Positions 18,136 through 28,467 are shown, counted from the stretch's first letter. The stretch: 64,000 bases of DNA from Cyanobacteriota bacterium (GCA_046045965.1 JBJOKS010000001.1:124244-188243); one strand, 5' to 3'. Numbers and translations: made by a program. The notes: generated by a model not told the origin, from the sequence alone.

Positions 18136-19790
18136 TAAGATAGCGATACCTTGTATTTATTGCCTTTTTGCTGGATCTGTAAGGAAGTGCAAGATTGCAA
18201 AAATTTGATAAAACTACCACTAATCTGTAAATCTTTCATTTGCTTGGTGATGGGTTTACCATATTTTTGATTAAATTTAATACCTAAAATCCCGATATCA
18301 ATATAGCTGTTCTTAACTTCCTGTGTTAATTCTGTCAGAATCATCTTTAGTGTTTGTTCTAAATCAGCAGCAGAATTAATATTAGATGATACAACAGATG
18401 CTTGAGTGTGAGAATCAGATTTACTTACTTCCCATTTATTATCTTTGAGTTGAATTTGGAAATAACTACAAGACTGCAAAAACTTGACAAATGTACCACC
18501 TATCTGTAATTCTTTCAGCTGCTCAGTGATGGGTTTACCATATTTTTGCTTAAATTTACTGGCTAAAACAGTAATATCAAAATTGCTATGTTTGGATTCT
18601 TTGATTAATTCTTCCAGAATTTGCTTGAGGACTGCTTCTAAATCTAGCTGGGAAGTAATAGTAGATAATGAATTAGATTTGATGCTGTTGACTGTTTCCG
18701 ATTTGTCAATCTCTTTATGCTGAACTAGACTATGTTCAAAGAGTGTTATATATAATTCTCCCACATCATCAATTTGATGAATGACAAAATCCGCTGGATA
18801 GTTAATAAATATATCTTTCGCTCTTTTACCAGGTAAATATTTAGCAACGATATTGCTAATATTCAAGTGATATTTAATTTTATATAATTTAGAAAGTTGG
18901 GAAAGTTTAATCCAATAACTAGCTGTTTGCTTTTGTTCTTCTTTGATTAAATTTTTGATTTGGAGAATGAATTGATCAAGAGATGGTACTTCTGGTAATG
19001 GTTTAATGCTATGGATGGTCGTTTCACCTGTAGAATTATTGAAGATATTGATATTTTCCCCATGCTGACTGACTTGATATACTGTTAAACCATGCTGTTG
19101 TAAATTGTTGCATAAATTAGTCATGACCTTATCTGAAGAGCATACAAAAACTTCTTTAGCATTGGGATAAAGTTCATGAATTGATGCACCAAAAGCAATC
19201 ATTTTTCCATCTGCATTATCTCTACCTGCGGGGACATGAATCAAATCATAACCACGTTCATGTAATTCTACATCTAGCTTGCCTCGATTACTCCAATTAG
19301 CAAAGGCAATTTTCACTTGAATCGGACATTTACAAATAGTGGCTAAAAATTTTTCTGTGTTGTTGTTAAGTTGTAAGTTTTCCGCATCTAAAAGTAAAAC
19401 CGCAATTCCTGCTGACATTAAAGGAGGAAGAAATGTGGAATTGAAGGAGCTATTTAACTCAGATATAATAGGATTGTGTTGATGAATTTCAGCAATTAAT
19501 TCTGCTAAAATTGGTAAATTTAAAGCTTCAGGAACTAGAAACGCCTTCAGGTATAATTGCAGCTTTTTTACTAAGTCCTCCCTACTTTGAGTTTGACTGA
19601 GTAATGCTGTAAATTTAGCACTCAAAGCAGATTGATTAGATGTCTTTTGCCACTGAACTTTTCTGTACTTTTCCATTAATAATTCTGGCTGCTGTTGTTG
19701 AATAGTCACGATGGCTTGGCAGACCTGAGAGACTATTTTGTTGAACAGGGCAGAATCAGAGGTAGTCAGCGATCGCTCATGATTTGACAT
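18135..19790 (-). CDS. NYN (PIN-like RNase) domain protein with two C-terminal OST-HTH/LOTUS domains
   Basis: NYN-like core: VLLLDAENLQ...DLIHVPAGRDNADGKMI...VFVCSSDKVMTNL. Two ~75-aa paralogous repeats follow (LEAVLKQILEELIKESKHSNFDITVLASKFKQKYGKPITEQLKELQIGGTFVKFLQSC / LEQTLKMILTELTQEVKNSYIDIGILGIKFNQKYGKPITKQMKDLQISGSFIKFLQSC). Confidence 0.75.
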   Translation of the reverse strand: MSNHERSLTTSDSALFNKIVSQVCQAIVTIQQQQPELLMEKYRKVQWQKTSNQSALSAKFTALLSQTQSREDLVKKLQLYLKAFLVPEALNLPILAELIAEIHQHNPIISELNSSFNSTFLPPLMSAGIAVLLLDAENLQLNNNTEKFLATICKCPIQVKIAFANWSNRGKLDVELHERGYDLIHVPAGRDNADGKMIAFGASIHELYPNAKEVFVCSSDKVMTNLCNNLQQHGLTVYQVSQHGENINIFNNSTGETTIHSIKPLPEVPSLDQFILQIKNLIKEEQKQTASYWIKLSQLSKLYKIKYHLNISNIVAKYLPGKRAKDIFINYPADFVIHQIDDVGELYITLFEHSLVQHKEIDKSETVNSIKSNSLSTITSQLDLEAVLKQILEELIKESKHSNFDITVLASKFKQKYGKPITEQLKELQIGGTFVKFLQSCSYFQIQLKDNKWEVSKSDSHTQASVVSSNINSAADLEQTLKMILTELTQEVKNSYIDIGILGIKFNQKYGKPITKQMKDLQISGSFIKFLQSCTSLQIQQKGNKYKVSLS

Positions 19791-19914
19791 AACTTACACT
19801 GTACAGTAAGGCATCCTGGCTAAAAATACTGAAATCATTCTTCAATATCCTAATTTATACCAATTTGGGATTTTAGAGGTGGGAACATCCATCTAGTAGT
19901 ATAAAAGTGCTAAT

Positions 19915-20223
19915 CTAATGTTGGGGAAATTTCCGTACTTGATATTCACTAAACTCTGACATTTCATAGGAAAAGCCTAGAGATTGGTCAAATTTTTGCG
20001 CGATCGCCTCTAGTTCCGTTTCTGGGATAGCTTTCCACTGTTCCCGACTTTGCCAATGCACCACAATCACCACTTCTGTGAGATCATGAGGACTAATCCA
20101 AACTTCTTTACCTAAAAACCCTGGATATTTAGCTAACACAGTAGTCCAGCTTTCCTCATCCTTCTGGATAAATATTTCCCGCATTTGAGCAGGTATTTTA
20201 AACTTAAGTAACTCAATCACCAT
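19915..20223 (-). CDS. Small ABM/Dabb-fold-like protein (TIGR03792-like cyanobacterial family)
   Basis: 102 aa. The pattern VIELLKFKIP...FLGKEVWISP...VVIVVHWQSREQW was recognised from memory only. Confidence 0.55.
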   Translation of the reverse strand: MVIELLKFKIPAQMREIFIQKDEESWTTVLAKYPGFLGKEVWISPHDLTEVVIVVHWQSREQWKAIPETELEAIAQKFDQSLGFSYEMSEFSEYQVRKFPQH

Positions 20224-20307
20224 ATTTTCTGATTTTACCTATAAATAAATTTCTCAAAATCAAGGAAACAGATAACAGTAACAGTTTACACCCAAATTGA
20301 TTTGGTC

Positions 20308-21339
20308 ATGACTCAAGGAACAACTACTGCAATTGAAGGTATCTATGAAGTTTGTATTGGCGTTACAGAGCCAATTTTAGCAATTCAATATTGGCAACAA
20401 TTTGGTTATCGCATTGGGGAAATAGGAGAATTAACCCCAGAGGTAGCGTATCAATTATACGGGGTAAATTCTCCTTTAAAAGCAATTCGTCTTGATCACC
20501 AAGATGCAGATCATGGTTTAATCAGATTGATGATTTGGCAAAATCCCACAAATCAAGGTTTGGGTATCAGTTCCATGAAAGTTAAGGGTAATCGCTGGAC
20601 TACGGCTTTAACTGCTGATTTATTAGGAATTTTAAACCATGCGGAAACTGCCAGAGCCGCTGGTGAGACGCTCAGGTATACTTACCCTTACTGGGAAGTC
20701 ATTTATCAAAAAGAACGCAAAAGCCGTCCCTTTGTCGATCCTGCGGTAGGAGTCAGAGAAATGCTGCTGCTGCAACCTTTGACGCGACAGGTGTTATTTC
20801 AACGCTTTGGTTATATCATGCCCCATTATGGCAAAATCAATCACAATGCAGCTTTGAACACCAGCCAGTTTACCCATCTGGGGTTAGTTGTTCAAGACGA
20901 CAGCAAAGAAACCCTACGGTTTTATGAAGATGTTTTAGGTTTGTTGCGTGTACGGGATGATGTGGAAACCAGCTATGAATCTTCTTTTGCAGGTCGAGAT
21001 TTTTTTGACCTCCAACCAGGGGAAAAGTTTATAGTCACTGCTTTTGATGATCCTCGTTCTTCTCGCACTAATTTAATGGCAGCACGCAGTGGTAGACTTT
21101 ATATTGTCCGCTTTCCAGAGCATATCCCCTTAGAATCACGTTTTACATTTGCTCAACCGGGAAGTTTAGGAATGTGCCTTTACACCTACCGCGTTCAGGA
21201 AATAGAAACGTATTTTGACAGGATTCGGGAAAGTAATGTACAGAAATTTACTAATATTGTAAATAATGAATTTGGGGAAATGAGTTTTTCTTTTGTTGCC
21301 CCAGATGGCTATTTCTGGACTTTGGTAGAAAAAAAGTAA
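20308..21339 (+). CDS. VOC (glyoxalase/dioxygenase) superfamily protein, two-module
   Basis: FTHLGLVVQDDSKETLRFYEDVLGL is typical of a VOC beta-alpha-beta-beta-beta module. ATG at 20308 is preferred over the upstream TTG. Confidence 0.65.
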   Translation: MTQGTTTAIEGIYEVCIGVTEPILAIQYWQQFGYRIGEIGELTPEVAYQLYGVNSPLKAIRLDHQDADHGLIRLMIWQNPTNQGLGISSMKVKGNRWTTALTADLLGILNHAETARAAGETLRYTYPYWEVIYQKERKSRPFVDPAVGVREMLLLQPLTRQVLFQRFGYIMPHYGKINHNAALNTSQFTHLGLVVQDDSKETLRFYEDVLGLLRVRDDVETSYESSFAGRDFFDLQPGEKFIVTAFDDPRSSRTNLMAARSGRLYIVRFPEHIPLESRFTFAQPGSLGMCLYTYRVQEIETYFDRIRESNVQKFTNIVNNEFGEMSFSFVAPDGYFWTLVEKK

Positions 21340-21340
21340 T

Positions 21341-21412
<72 letters not shown>

Positions 21413-21570
21413 AATTCTGACTTTTGAGTGATTACTGAGCGAAGTCGTTCACGGAGCGTGGCCTTAGCCATAGAATTGACTTTGGACTTGATTTATCTCC
21501 CTATCTCCCCTGTTCCCTGTTCCCTGTTCCCTGTTCCCTAATATAAAAATCAGGAGAAAAAATACAATAT

Positions 21571-22386
21571 ATGGTAGCCCACATCCAAGAAATTGATGCC
21601 CAACAATGGGTAAAAACTCGTTCTTCTCTCGATGCTAATGAATCTACTTTTCTGGTTTGGACTGGTAAAATTTATAGCTTTGTCCCTGGGGAAAAGCGAC
21701 AATTATTATTTAAAATCATTGGCATGAGCGTCAGTCGGTGTATTCTCACTGCTGAAGGTCGTTGGGATTTTACTTCTAGAGAACTGACTTATTACCTCAA
21801 CCCAGAGACTGATGAAATTTTGCGAAAATGGGAAAATCCTTGGACTGGTGAAACTGTCTCAGTGATGCACGTTGCTAATAGTCCGGTACAAGGTAAATTT
21901 AAAGGTAAATTGCCTGTGGAAGTAGAAGGTGAAAATACTACCTTTGTCTTTGATCTGTTTCCCCATTATCCCAATCCTTTGGCAGAAGATCCGCAGTTTG
22001 CGCCATATTGTCCGTCTCCAATTTATCAAGCGGCTGAGTTGTTTAAAATTACTGTTCCTAGCGCCGATTTGCTAAATTCGGAACTGAATTCTGTGACGGA
22101 ACTAAAATTAAGTTGGGATAGAATTGGTCAATGGTTGCCTTGGATGAAGATGGGAGAACAGCCTGGACAACTTATCTATAGTGCTACTGGTAGTAAGGTG
22201 GGCGGTTTTACGGAGTTACCCCCTCTGCTACAAGCGGAAATTAATAACCGCCTTCCTTTGTATAAGCAAGCGCCAACTGCTTTTCTGGATGGTGAAGATA
22301 TGACTTCTTGGTTGTATTTCCAAAAGCATTTTCCGGCTTATTTGGCTGGGGAAGTTTTTCCTTTACTAGCACCGGAGGAAGGTTAG
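21571..22386 (+). CDS. DUF1838-like conserved hypothetical protein
   Basis: RELTYYLNPETDEILRKWENPWTGETVSVMHVANSPV resembles the DUF1838 signature as I recall it. Confidence 0.55.
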   Translation: MVAHIQEIDAQQWVKTRSSLDANESTFLVWTGKIYSFVPGEKRQLLFKIIGMSVSRCILTAEGRWDFTSRELTYYLNPETDEILRKWENPWTGETVSVMHVANSPVQGKFKGKLPVEVEGENTTFVFDLFPHYPNPLAEDPQFAPYCPSPIYQAAELFKITVPSADLLNSELNSVTELKLSWDRIGQWLPWMKMGEQPGQLIYSATGSKVGGFTELPPLLQAEINNRLPLYKQAPTAFLDGEDMTSWLYFQKHFPAYLAGEVFPLLAPEEG

Positions 22387-22545
22387 CACCGCAGGGCGGA
22401 AGTCAAAAGTTAAAAGTCAAAAGTCAAAACTGATACAGCGTAAGCTTTTGAGAGATTTGAAATACGAGCAAAAGTCAAACAGTTTTTCAGGTTTTGAACG
22501 ATTCTCAAATTCCCCTCCTGACTTCTGACTCCTGACTCCTAACCT

Positions 22546-22938
22546 TTAAAACTTCCGCATCCCATGACTAACGGGATCAAAACCCCTAGAAAAGCGCGTG
22601 CTGTCATCATAACAAGCACCCTTCAAATTCGCGCCATAGAGCTTCGTATTGTGAAGTCTAGCACCCCGAAGATTTGCTTCACAAAGATTAACACCGCACA
22701 AATTAGCCCTAGTCAAATTAGCATTTGCTAAATTGGATCTACTCAAATCAGCACCCCAAAGTTTAGCTTTAGCGAGATTAGCATCAGTTAAATCTGCTCC
22801 CCACAAATTGATTCCAGGTAAATAGGCATCAATCAACTTGATTCCAATTAACTGAGCAGATAGAAAATATCTCTCTCCAGCGGCGTAGCGTCGTTTAATA
22901 TCCTCAGCATCCATTTGTATTTCACTGCCTTCGATCAC
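22546..22938 (-). CDS. Pentapeptide-repeat protein
   Basis: Continuous A(D/N)LxG-type pentapeptides: ADLTDANLAKAKLWGADLSRSNLANANLTRANLCGVNLCEANLRGARL. Confidence 0.9.
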   Translation of the reverse strand: MIEGSEIQMDAEDIKRRYAAGERYFLSAQLIGIKLIDAYLPGINLWGADLTDANLAKAKLWGADLSRSNLANANLTRANLCGVNLCEANLRGARLHNTKLYGANLKGACYDDSTRFSRGFDPVSHGMRKF

Positions 22939-23100
22939 AAAACAGCGATTTCTACTTCTACTTCTGATTTAACCACAAAAACAGCCAAACCGCTATCTAC
23001 TTCCTGCCGCTGGTCCTGTATTTTCCCATCATTACCAGTACCATTAAAAACAAACAACTTGATACCAGAAAAATAACGCTTATTTCTTTATACACGAAAA

Positions 23101-23133
23101 AGCGCCAGAGTCCTTTTCGCTTACTCAGGCGCT
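23101..23133 (-). terminator. Orphan intrinsic terminator (minus strand) in an ORF-free region
   Basis: Stem agcgccagagt / actcaggcgct (10/11 bp), 11-nt loop. On the minus strand it is followed by TTTTT. Confidence 0.55.
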
Positions 23134-23444
23134 CTCCCGTATAACTTTATACCATTTCACTGTGTAATGTAACATTTTAAACCCTCTACACTGCTATTAG
23201 GGGAAGCATTGTTAGGATAACCTGTAACAAACATGAATGAAGTGGTATCACTCCTTGCATTTAATAAGAATATCTCTTTTATCACCAAATAGCTAGTGTG
23301 GAGAGTGACACTTTATAAACTGACACTAGTTAAAAACAATGCAACAGAGATAGTAACTAAGAAGACAAGCCACCCTTAGAAATAAGCTACCCTTGCTGTT
23401 GATCTGAAACCCACATTCCCCACCCTCTGGAGTTTTGATACAGA

Positions 23445-23480
23445 AATATCCTATCCCTTCAAAACGATGGGATATTTTTT
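23445..23480 (+). terminator. Orphan intrinsic terminator (plus strand) in an ORF-free region
   Basis: Stem atatcctatc / gatgggatat (one G.U pair), 10-nt loop, then T6. Confidence 0.6.
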
Positions 23481-23789
23481 GATTTGGAAGTTGCCCATAT
23501 AGCATAGCCAGCCTAAATCATCTAAACTTAGCAATAATACGGTTAATTTTGGGCAGCATCACCGTATGAGTAACTAAATTACGGAGAGTGAATAATTCGT
23601 TATTTGTCACGAAGCCTAAAGAGACAGTAATTCTCGATAATAAGTCATTGGACATCTGGAGGTAAAGAATTCCAACCAAGGAACATCTCTAAAAGAATTC
23701 GAGAAGATGCACATTTAAATTTGGTCGATGTCTATTAAAAGTCAGTAGCCACAGGATCTAAACTTTTACCCTGAATTTTACAAAAATTT

Positions 23790-25511
23790 ATGAACAAAAT
23801 TCTGATTATTGAAGATGATGCTCAAATAAGAGATAACATTCAGCAAATTCTCGATTTAGAGGGGTTTAGTACGATCACGGCAGAAGATGGATGGCACGGT
23901 TTACAGATGGCTGAACAATATCGGCCAGATATGATTATTTGCGATCTGATGATGCCTCATTTGGATGGCTATGGACTAATTAAGGCATTGCGTCAAAAGC
24001 CTGTAACTGCCGCTATTCCGTTCATTTTTATCACCGCGAAATCAGAACATTCGGATTTGCGTCGCGCGATGGAACTTGGTGCAGATGACTATTTAACTAA
24101 GCCGTTTCAAGTCAATGAACTTCTTCAGGTGATTGCAACTAGACTGGAAAAACACCAAATAGTTCGTCAATATTATCGTGATCAGATTGAGGAGATGGAA
24201 TCTCAGCTTAATTATCTGGCTCGTCATGATAGCCTAACTGGCTTACCTAATCAACTCTTTTTAGAAGAGCATTTCAATCAAATTCGTCTTCAAGCTTACA
24301 GTCAGGGTCAACAACTATCTTTATTACTGATTGATATAGATATTCTCTACCGCAATAAGTTATTCTTGGAACCGAGTTTGAGGTATTTATTACTCAAAGC
24401 TGTTGCTGAAAGATTAACTGGTTTGAATTCATCAGAACAAGTTATTGACTTAATTGCTTACTTGAAAACCGATCAAATAGTCATCTTGTTAAAGTCATCT
24501 GAAGACAGTAAAATTGCTTCTGATATTGCTCAAAAAATTTTAGATAATCTATCAGAACCTATAGTAGTCAACCAGCAGCAAATCTCTGTTAAAACTCAAA
24601 TTGGTATTGTTTGTTATCCTAATGACGGACTGCAACTAGGTGAACTACTAACTCATGCAGAATTAGCCTTAGAACATTTTAAAAATGAAGATACTGTTGC
24701 GTATCATTTCTACAATCAAGAAATCTTCAATATTCTCTTTAGAAAAATAATTTTGGAGACTGATTTATGGCAAGCACTAGAAAGAAATGAGTTTCAACTT
24801 TACTATCAGCCTCAATTTAATGCCAAAAGTGGAAAATTTGTCTGTGTGGAAGCATTAATTCGCTGGAAACATCCAGAATATGGACTTGTTTCTCCTGGTG
24901 AATTTATTCCTATTGCTGAAGAATCAGGTTTTATTATTCCTTTAGGAAAATGGATTTTAAAAACAGCTTGTTCTCAATTACAAGATTTAAAATTACAAGG
25001 ATTAGTAAATGTAGATTTAGCAGTTAATATATCAGCTAATCAATTTAGACAACAAAATTTTGTTCAACAAATTCATGAAGTTATTGCTGAAACCAATTTT
25101 CCACCGGAGCAATTAAAGTTAGAACTCACTGAAACTGTGTTTATTCAAGACATGGAAGCAGTGAATAAAAAGATAAATGCCCTCAAAAATTATGGAATAC
25201 AATTTTCTATTGATGATTTTGGGACGGGTTACTCATCTTTTAAATATATTCAAGGACTTTCTTTTAACCAAGTTAAAATAGACCGTTATTTTATCAACAA
25301 TATTGATAAGCTTGTCCAAAAGCAATCAATTGTTAAAAGTATTATTCAGATGGCTCATAATCTGAATATAAATATAATTGCTGAAGGAGTAGAAACCAAT
25401 AATGAGCTAAGTTGGCTAATGCAAAATAATTGTCATATAATCCAGGGTTATTTTTTCAGTCGTCCATTACCAATAGAAGACCTGAAGACTCTTCTACTAG
25501 CTAAAAGATAA
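23790..25511 (+). CDS. Response regulator: REC + degenerate GGDEF + EAL (c-di-GMP phosphodiesterase type)
   Basis: REC motifs (DLMMPHLDG, DDYLTKPF). The GGDEF position reads KTDQI. EAL motifs are intact (EALIRW, DDFGTGYSS, QGYFFSRP). Confidence 0.9.
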   Translation: MNKILIIEDDAQIRDNIQQILDLEGFSTITAEDGWHGLQMAEQYRPDMIICDLMMPHLDGYGLIKALRQKPVTAAIPFIFITAKSEHSDLRRAMELGADDYLTKPFQVNELLQVIATRLEKHQIVRQYYRDQIEEMESQLNYLARHDSLTGLPNQLFLEEHFNQIRLQAYSQGQQLSLLLIDIDILYRNKLFLEPSLRYLLLKAVAERLTGLNSSEQVIDLIAYLKTDQIVILLKSSEDSKIASDIAQKILDNLSEPIVVNQQQISVKTQIGIVCYPNDGLQLGELLTHAELALEHFKNEDTVAYHFYNQEIFNILFRKIILETDLWQALERNEFQLYYQPQFNAKSGKFVCVEALIRWKHPEYGLVSPGEFIPIAEESGFIIPLGKWILKTACSQLQDLKLQGLVNVDLAVNISANQFRQQNFVQQIHEVIAETNFPPEQLKLELTETVFIQDMEAVNKKINALKNYGIQFSIDDFGTGYSSFKYIQGLSFNQVKIDRYFINNIDKLVQKQSIVKSIIQMAHNLNINIIAEGVETNNELSWLMQNNCHIIQGYFFSRPLPIEDLKTLLLAKR

Positions 25512-25570
25512 AAGTCCAAACCCAAACAATTTTGATTTATTCAGTTTTTATTAATTTAAGGAAAAAGAAA

Positions 25571-26662
25571 ATGAAAAAAATTCTGATCATTGAAGATGAA
25601 CCACTAGTAAGAAATAACATCAAAGAAATTTTGGAATTAGCAGATTTTGACGCATTAGTTTCAGAGAATGGTCAACAGGGGTTGCAATTTGCAAAAGATA
25701 AAAAGCCTGATTTAATTATCTGTGATTTAATGATGCCTGAGTTAGATGGTTATAGTGTATTAACTCAACTGCGTCAGGATAGTTCTACTGCGACAATTCC
25801 TTTAATTTTCTTAACTGCTAAATCAGAATGGTCTGATTTACGTCGAGGGATGGAACTTGGTGCTGATGATTACTTAACTAAGCCTTTTCAACCTGATGAA
25901 TTACTGCAATCTATTGCTGCTCGATTGCATAAACAAGCAATAGCTGACCAAGAAAGTGAGCAAAAATTGAATAATTTACGCACTTCTATCAGTCAGGCAC
26001 TACCTCATGAAATTAATACTCCTCTCAATCATATTATAGGAATGTCAAATTTATTGATTCAAGAGCAGGGAATACTTTCTAATACAGAAAATTTAGAAAT
26101 GCTCGAATCAATTCATAAAGCTGCTTTACGACTACATAGACTGACTATCAATTCCCTGATGTATGCCAATCTAGAACTAATAGCCTCTCATCCCGAAAAA
26201 ATTGCTGCTATTCGCAATAATCTAGACAAAACTTTTGTGCGCTCAACCATTGAAAAGGTAGCTTTCAGAATTTCTCAAGATGCAGGTAGGGCGACTGATT
26301 TAACCATAGAAATATCAGATGCCATGGTCAATATTTCTCAATTAAAGTTGAGTAAAGTGGCTGAAGAAATAATTGACAATGCTTTTAAATTTTCTCAACC
26401 AAACACACCTGTAAAAATTATAGGTTGTAGCAGTTTTAATGGATTTAATTTGTACATAATTGATAGCGGTCGAGGCATGAACAAAGAGCAAATTGCTAGA
26501 GTTGGTGCTTATGTACAATTTGAACGCAAAATGTATGAACAACAAGGTTCCGGTTTAGGATTATCAATTGCTAAGAAGTTGGTGGAAATCCACGGAGGAG
26601 AGTTTTTAATTGAGAGCTTACCTGGTAAACAAACTATTGTCCGCATGATTCTACCTCAGTAA
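25571..26662 (+). CDS. Hybrid histidine kinase with N-terminal receiver (REC-HisKA-HATPase)
   Basis: ATG 25571 with AAGGA upstream. REC domain, H-box LPHEINTPL, G-boxes DSGRGM / GSGLGLSI. Confidence 0.9.
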   Translation: MKKILIIEDEPLVRNNIKEILELADFDALVSENGQQGLQFAKDKKPDLIICDLMMPELDGYSVLTQLRQDSSTATIPLIFLTAKSEWSDLRRGMELGADDYLTKPFQPDELLQSIAARLHKQAIADQESEQKLNNLRTSISQALPHEINTPLNHIIGMSNLLIQEQGILSNTENLEMLESIHKAALRLHRLTINSLMYANLELIASHPEKIAAIRNNLDKTFVRSTIEKVAFRISQDAGRATDLTIEISDAMVNISQLKLSKVAEEIIDNAFKFSQPNTPVKIIGCSSFNGFNLYIIDSGRGMNKEQIARVGAYVQFERKMYEQQGSGLGLSIAKKLVEIHGGEFLIESLPGKQTIVRMILPQ

Positions 26663-26828
26663 TAAAATGTGCTAAAAGAGGTGAATTTGATTCCAGTTCG
26701 CCTCTTTATCAGGGGAGCCAGTCGCTTGTGGGGGTTTTCTCCGTTGTGAGAACTGGCGTGGAGTAGGGGGGCAAAATATTTTTTATCCACGACTAAAGAC
26801 TGCTAACATAACCTCTTAGAAATATGAT

Positions 26829-27866
26829 TTAAATTACAGCAGTATCTAACATTTTGATTGTGCCATTATCAGCGTCTATTTCTACTTCTAAACCCACAGG
26901 TACTGTAAATTTATCTTTGATATGACCAATCATAGAACCATACCAAGCGGGAATATCTAAAGGCTTGATATGTTGTTGTAATATTTGCATTAAAGTAAAT
27001 GATTGTTCATCTGAAGGTTGACAATTTGTACATTGTCCAAAAATAAAACCTGCAATTTGATTGAGAATACCAGCATTTTTTAACTGCGTCAGCATTCTGT
27101 CTAGGCGATAAATATCTTCACCTATATCTTCCAAAAATAAAATATTATTATACCATGATGGCAAATAGACGGAACCTACCATAGCAGCTACAACTGATAA
27201 GTTACCCCCAATTATTTTACCCCTAGCTTTACCCGGTGTAATTATTTCTATTTTTCCCTCTTTGGTGGAGTTATTTTCCATTGTTAATTTTTCCCCATTA
27301 AATAAAATGCGTTGAAAATAATCAACTGTAAATTCATTCCAGGTGGAAGTAGCAACTGCTCCATGAAAGGTAATTAATCGACTCCGGGCATTAATAGCTA
27401 ATAATAAAGAAGTAATATCGCTATATCCAATGATAATTTTTGGCTGGGAACGAATCAACGGATAATTAAGTAAAGGTAAAATTCGATTACAACCCCAACC
27501 GCCGCGCATGGCTATAATTGCTTTTACAGACTTATTTGCAAACATTGTATGAATATCTTGGGCGCGGTTTATATCTGTTCCGGCTAAATATCCATCACGC
27601 TCTAAAATATGTGCGCCTGTTATTACCTTCAGCCCTAATTTTATAAAAGTTTGTTTTGCATCTTCTATATCTTTGGGTTCAATGATACCAGCAGGAGAAA
27701 CCAAGCCGATAGTATCCCCTATTTTTAGACGTGGTGGTTTGATAGTGGTTTGTGGTGAAATTTGACTTTGGGCAATAATTGGGGAAATTTGAGTTACTAA
27801 GGTAGTTATTCCTAAAGTGCTGAGAAATTGCCGACGTTTGATGGTCATGGAATGTAGGCTGAACAA
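26829..27866 (-). CDS. LD-carboxypeptidase (peptidase S66) with Tat-type signal
   Basis: The RRQFL twin-arginine leader and the GYSDITSLL nucleophile motif are typical of LdcA/MccF. An alternative start is at 27848. Confidence 0.85.
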   Translation of the reverse strand: MFSLHSMTIKRRQFLSTLGITTLVTQISPIIAQSQISPQTTIKPPRLKIGDTIGLVSPAGIIEPKDIEDAKQTFIKLGLKVITGAHILERDGYLAGTDINRAQDIHTMFANKSVKAIIAMRGGWGCNRILPLLNYPLIRSQPKIIIGYSDITSLLLAINARSRLITFHGAVATSTWNEFTVDYFQRILFNGEKLTMENNSTKEGKIEIITPGKARGKIIGGNLSVVAAMVGSVYLPSWYNNILFLEDIGEDIYRLDRMLTQLKNAGILNQIAGFIFGQCTNCQPSDEQSFTLMQILQQHIKPLDIPAWYGSMIGHIKDKFTVPVGLEVEIDADNGTIKMLDTAVI

Positions 27867-28185
27867 TGACTATAACAAAGTTATAACTAAAAGTGACACA
27901 AACCTACGGATAGTCTGAATTAATCTTAAAGATTTCTTAAGGGATTTTTAAAAAAAATTGACCATAAAAATGGTACATAAAACAAAGTGTAAAACCGGAA
28001 TTTAGCACAAATTGCACAAATATTGTATTGCTCTTGGCTCACTCTGAGCAGAAAAAAAAGAAGATCCAATTATTAAATTCCCTACAGCTGATATACTATC
28101 ATATGATAGGTAGCTAAAGTTTCGTAACTTAAGCAATATCACAATATGCTGTTTATATAAGGACACGTTAAAACGTGTATAATCT

Positions 28186-28467
28186 ATGGAAACTACTGCA
28201 AATTTAATTCCAGAATTTGAACAATTATTTAGACAAAAACTCAAACTCAATAATTGCAAACTTAAAAAGAAACGCCAGGAGAATAATTATGAAATTACTA
28301 CTCCATCTAAGGACGTTTTTTTGATGTATTGGTGCCAATTTCCAGAAATCAGCTTGATCTATCAACATATAGGAGTACGCACACCACAGACTGGAGTTTA
28401 TGAAAAGGCTATCCGCTCCCATATTAATTTTTGTGTCAGTAGTATTAAGGATAAAACGGCCTCTTAA
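28186..28467 (+). CDS. Hypothetical ORF (weak)
   Basis: AT-rich region with three mutually overlapping ORFs. This frame is the longest, but has no motif support. Confidence 0.2.
   Translation: METTANLIPEFEQLFRQKLKLNNCKLKKKRQENNYEITTPSKDVFLMYWCQFPEISLIYQHIGVRTPQTGVYEKAIRSHINFCVSSIKDKTAS

Noticed and set aside
28002-28422. Two minus-strand ORFs (85 and 65 aa) overlapping the 28186-28467 plus-strand ORF.
   Set aside because: These are mutually exclusive AT-rich ORFs without RBS or motif support. I kept only the plus-strand one, as a very low-confidence feature.
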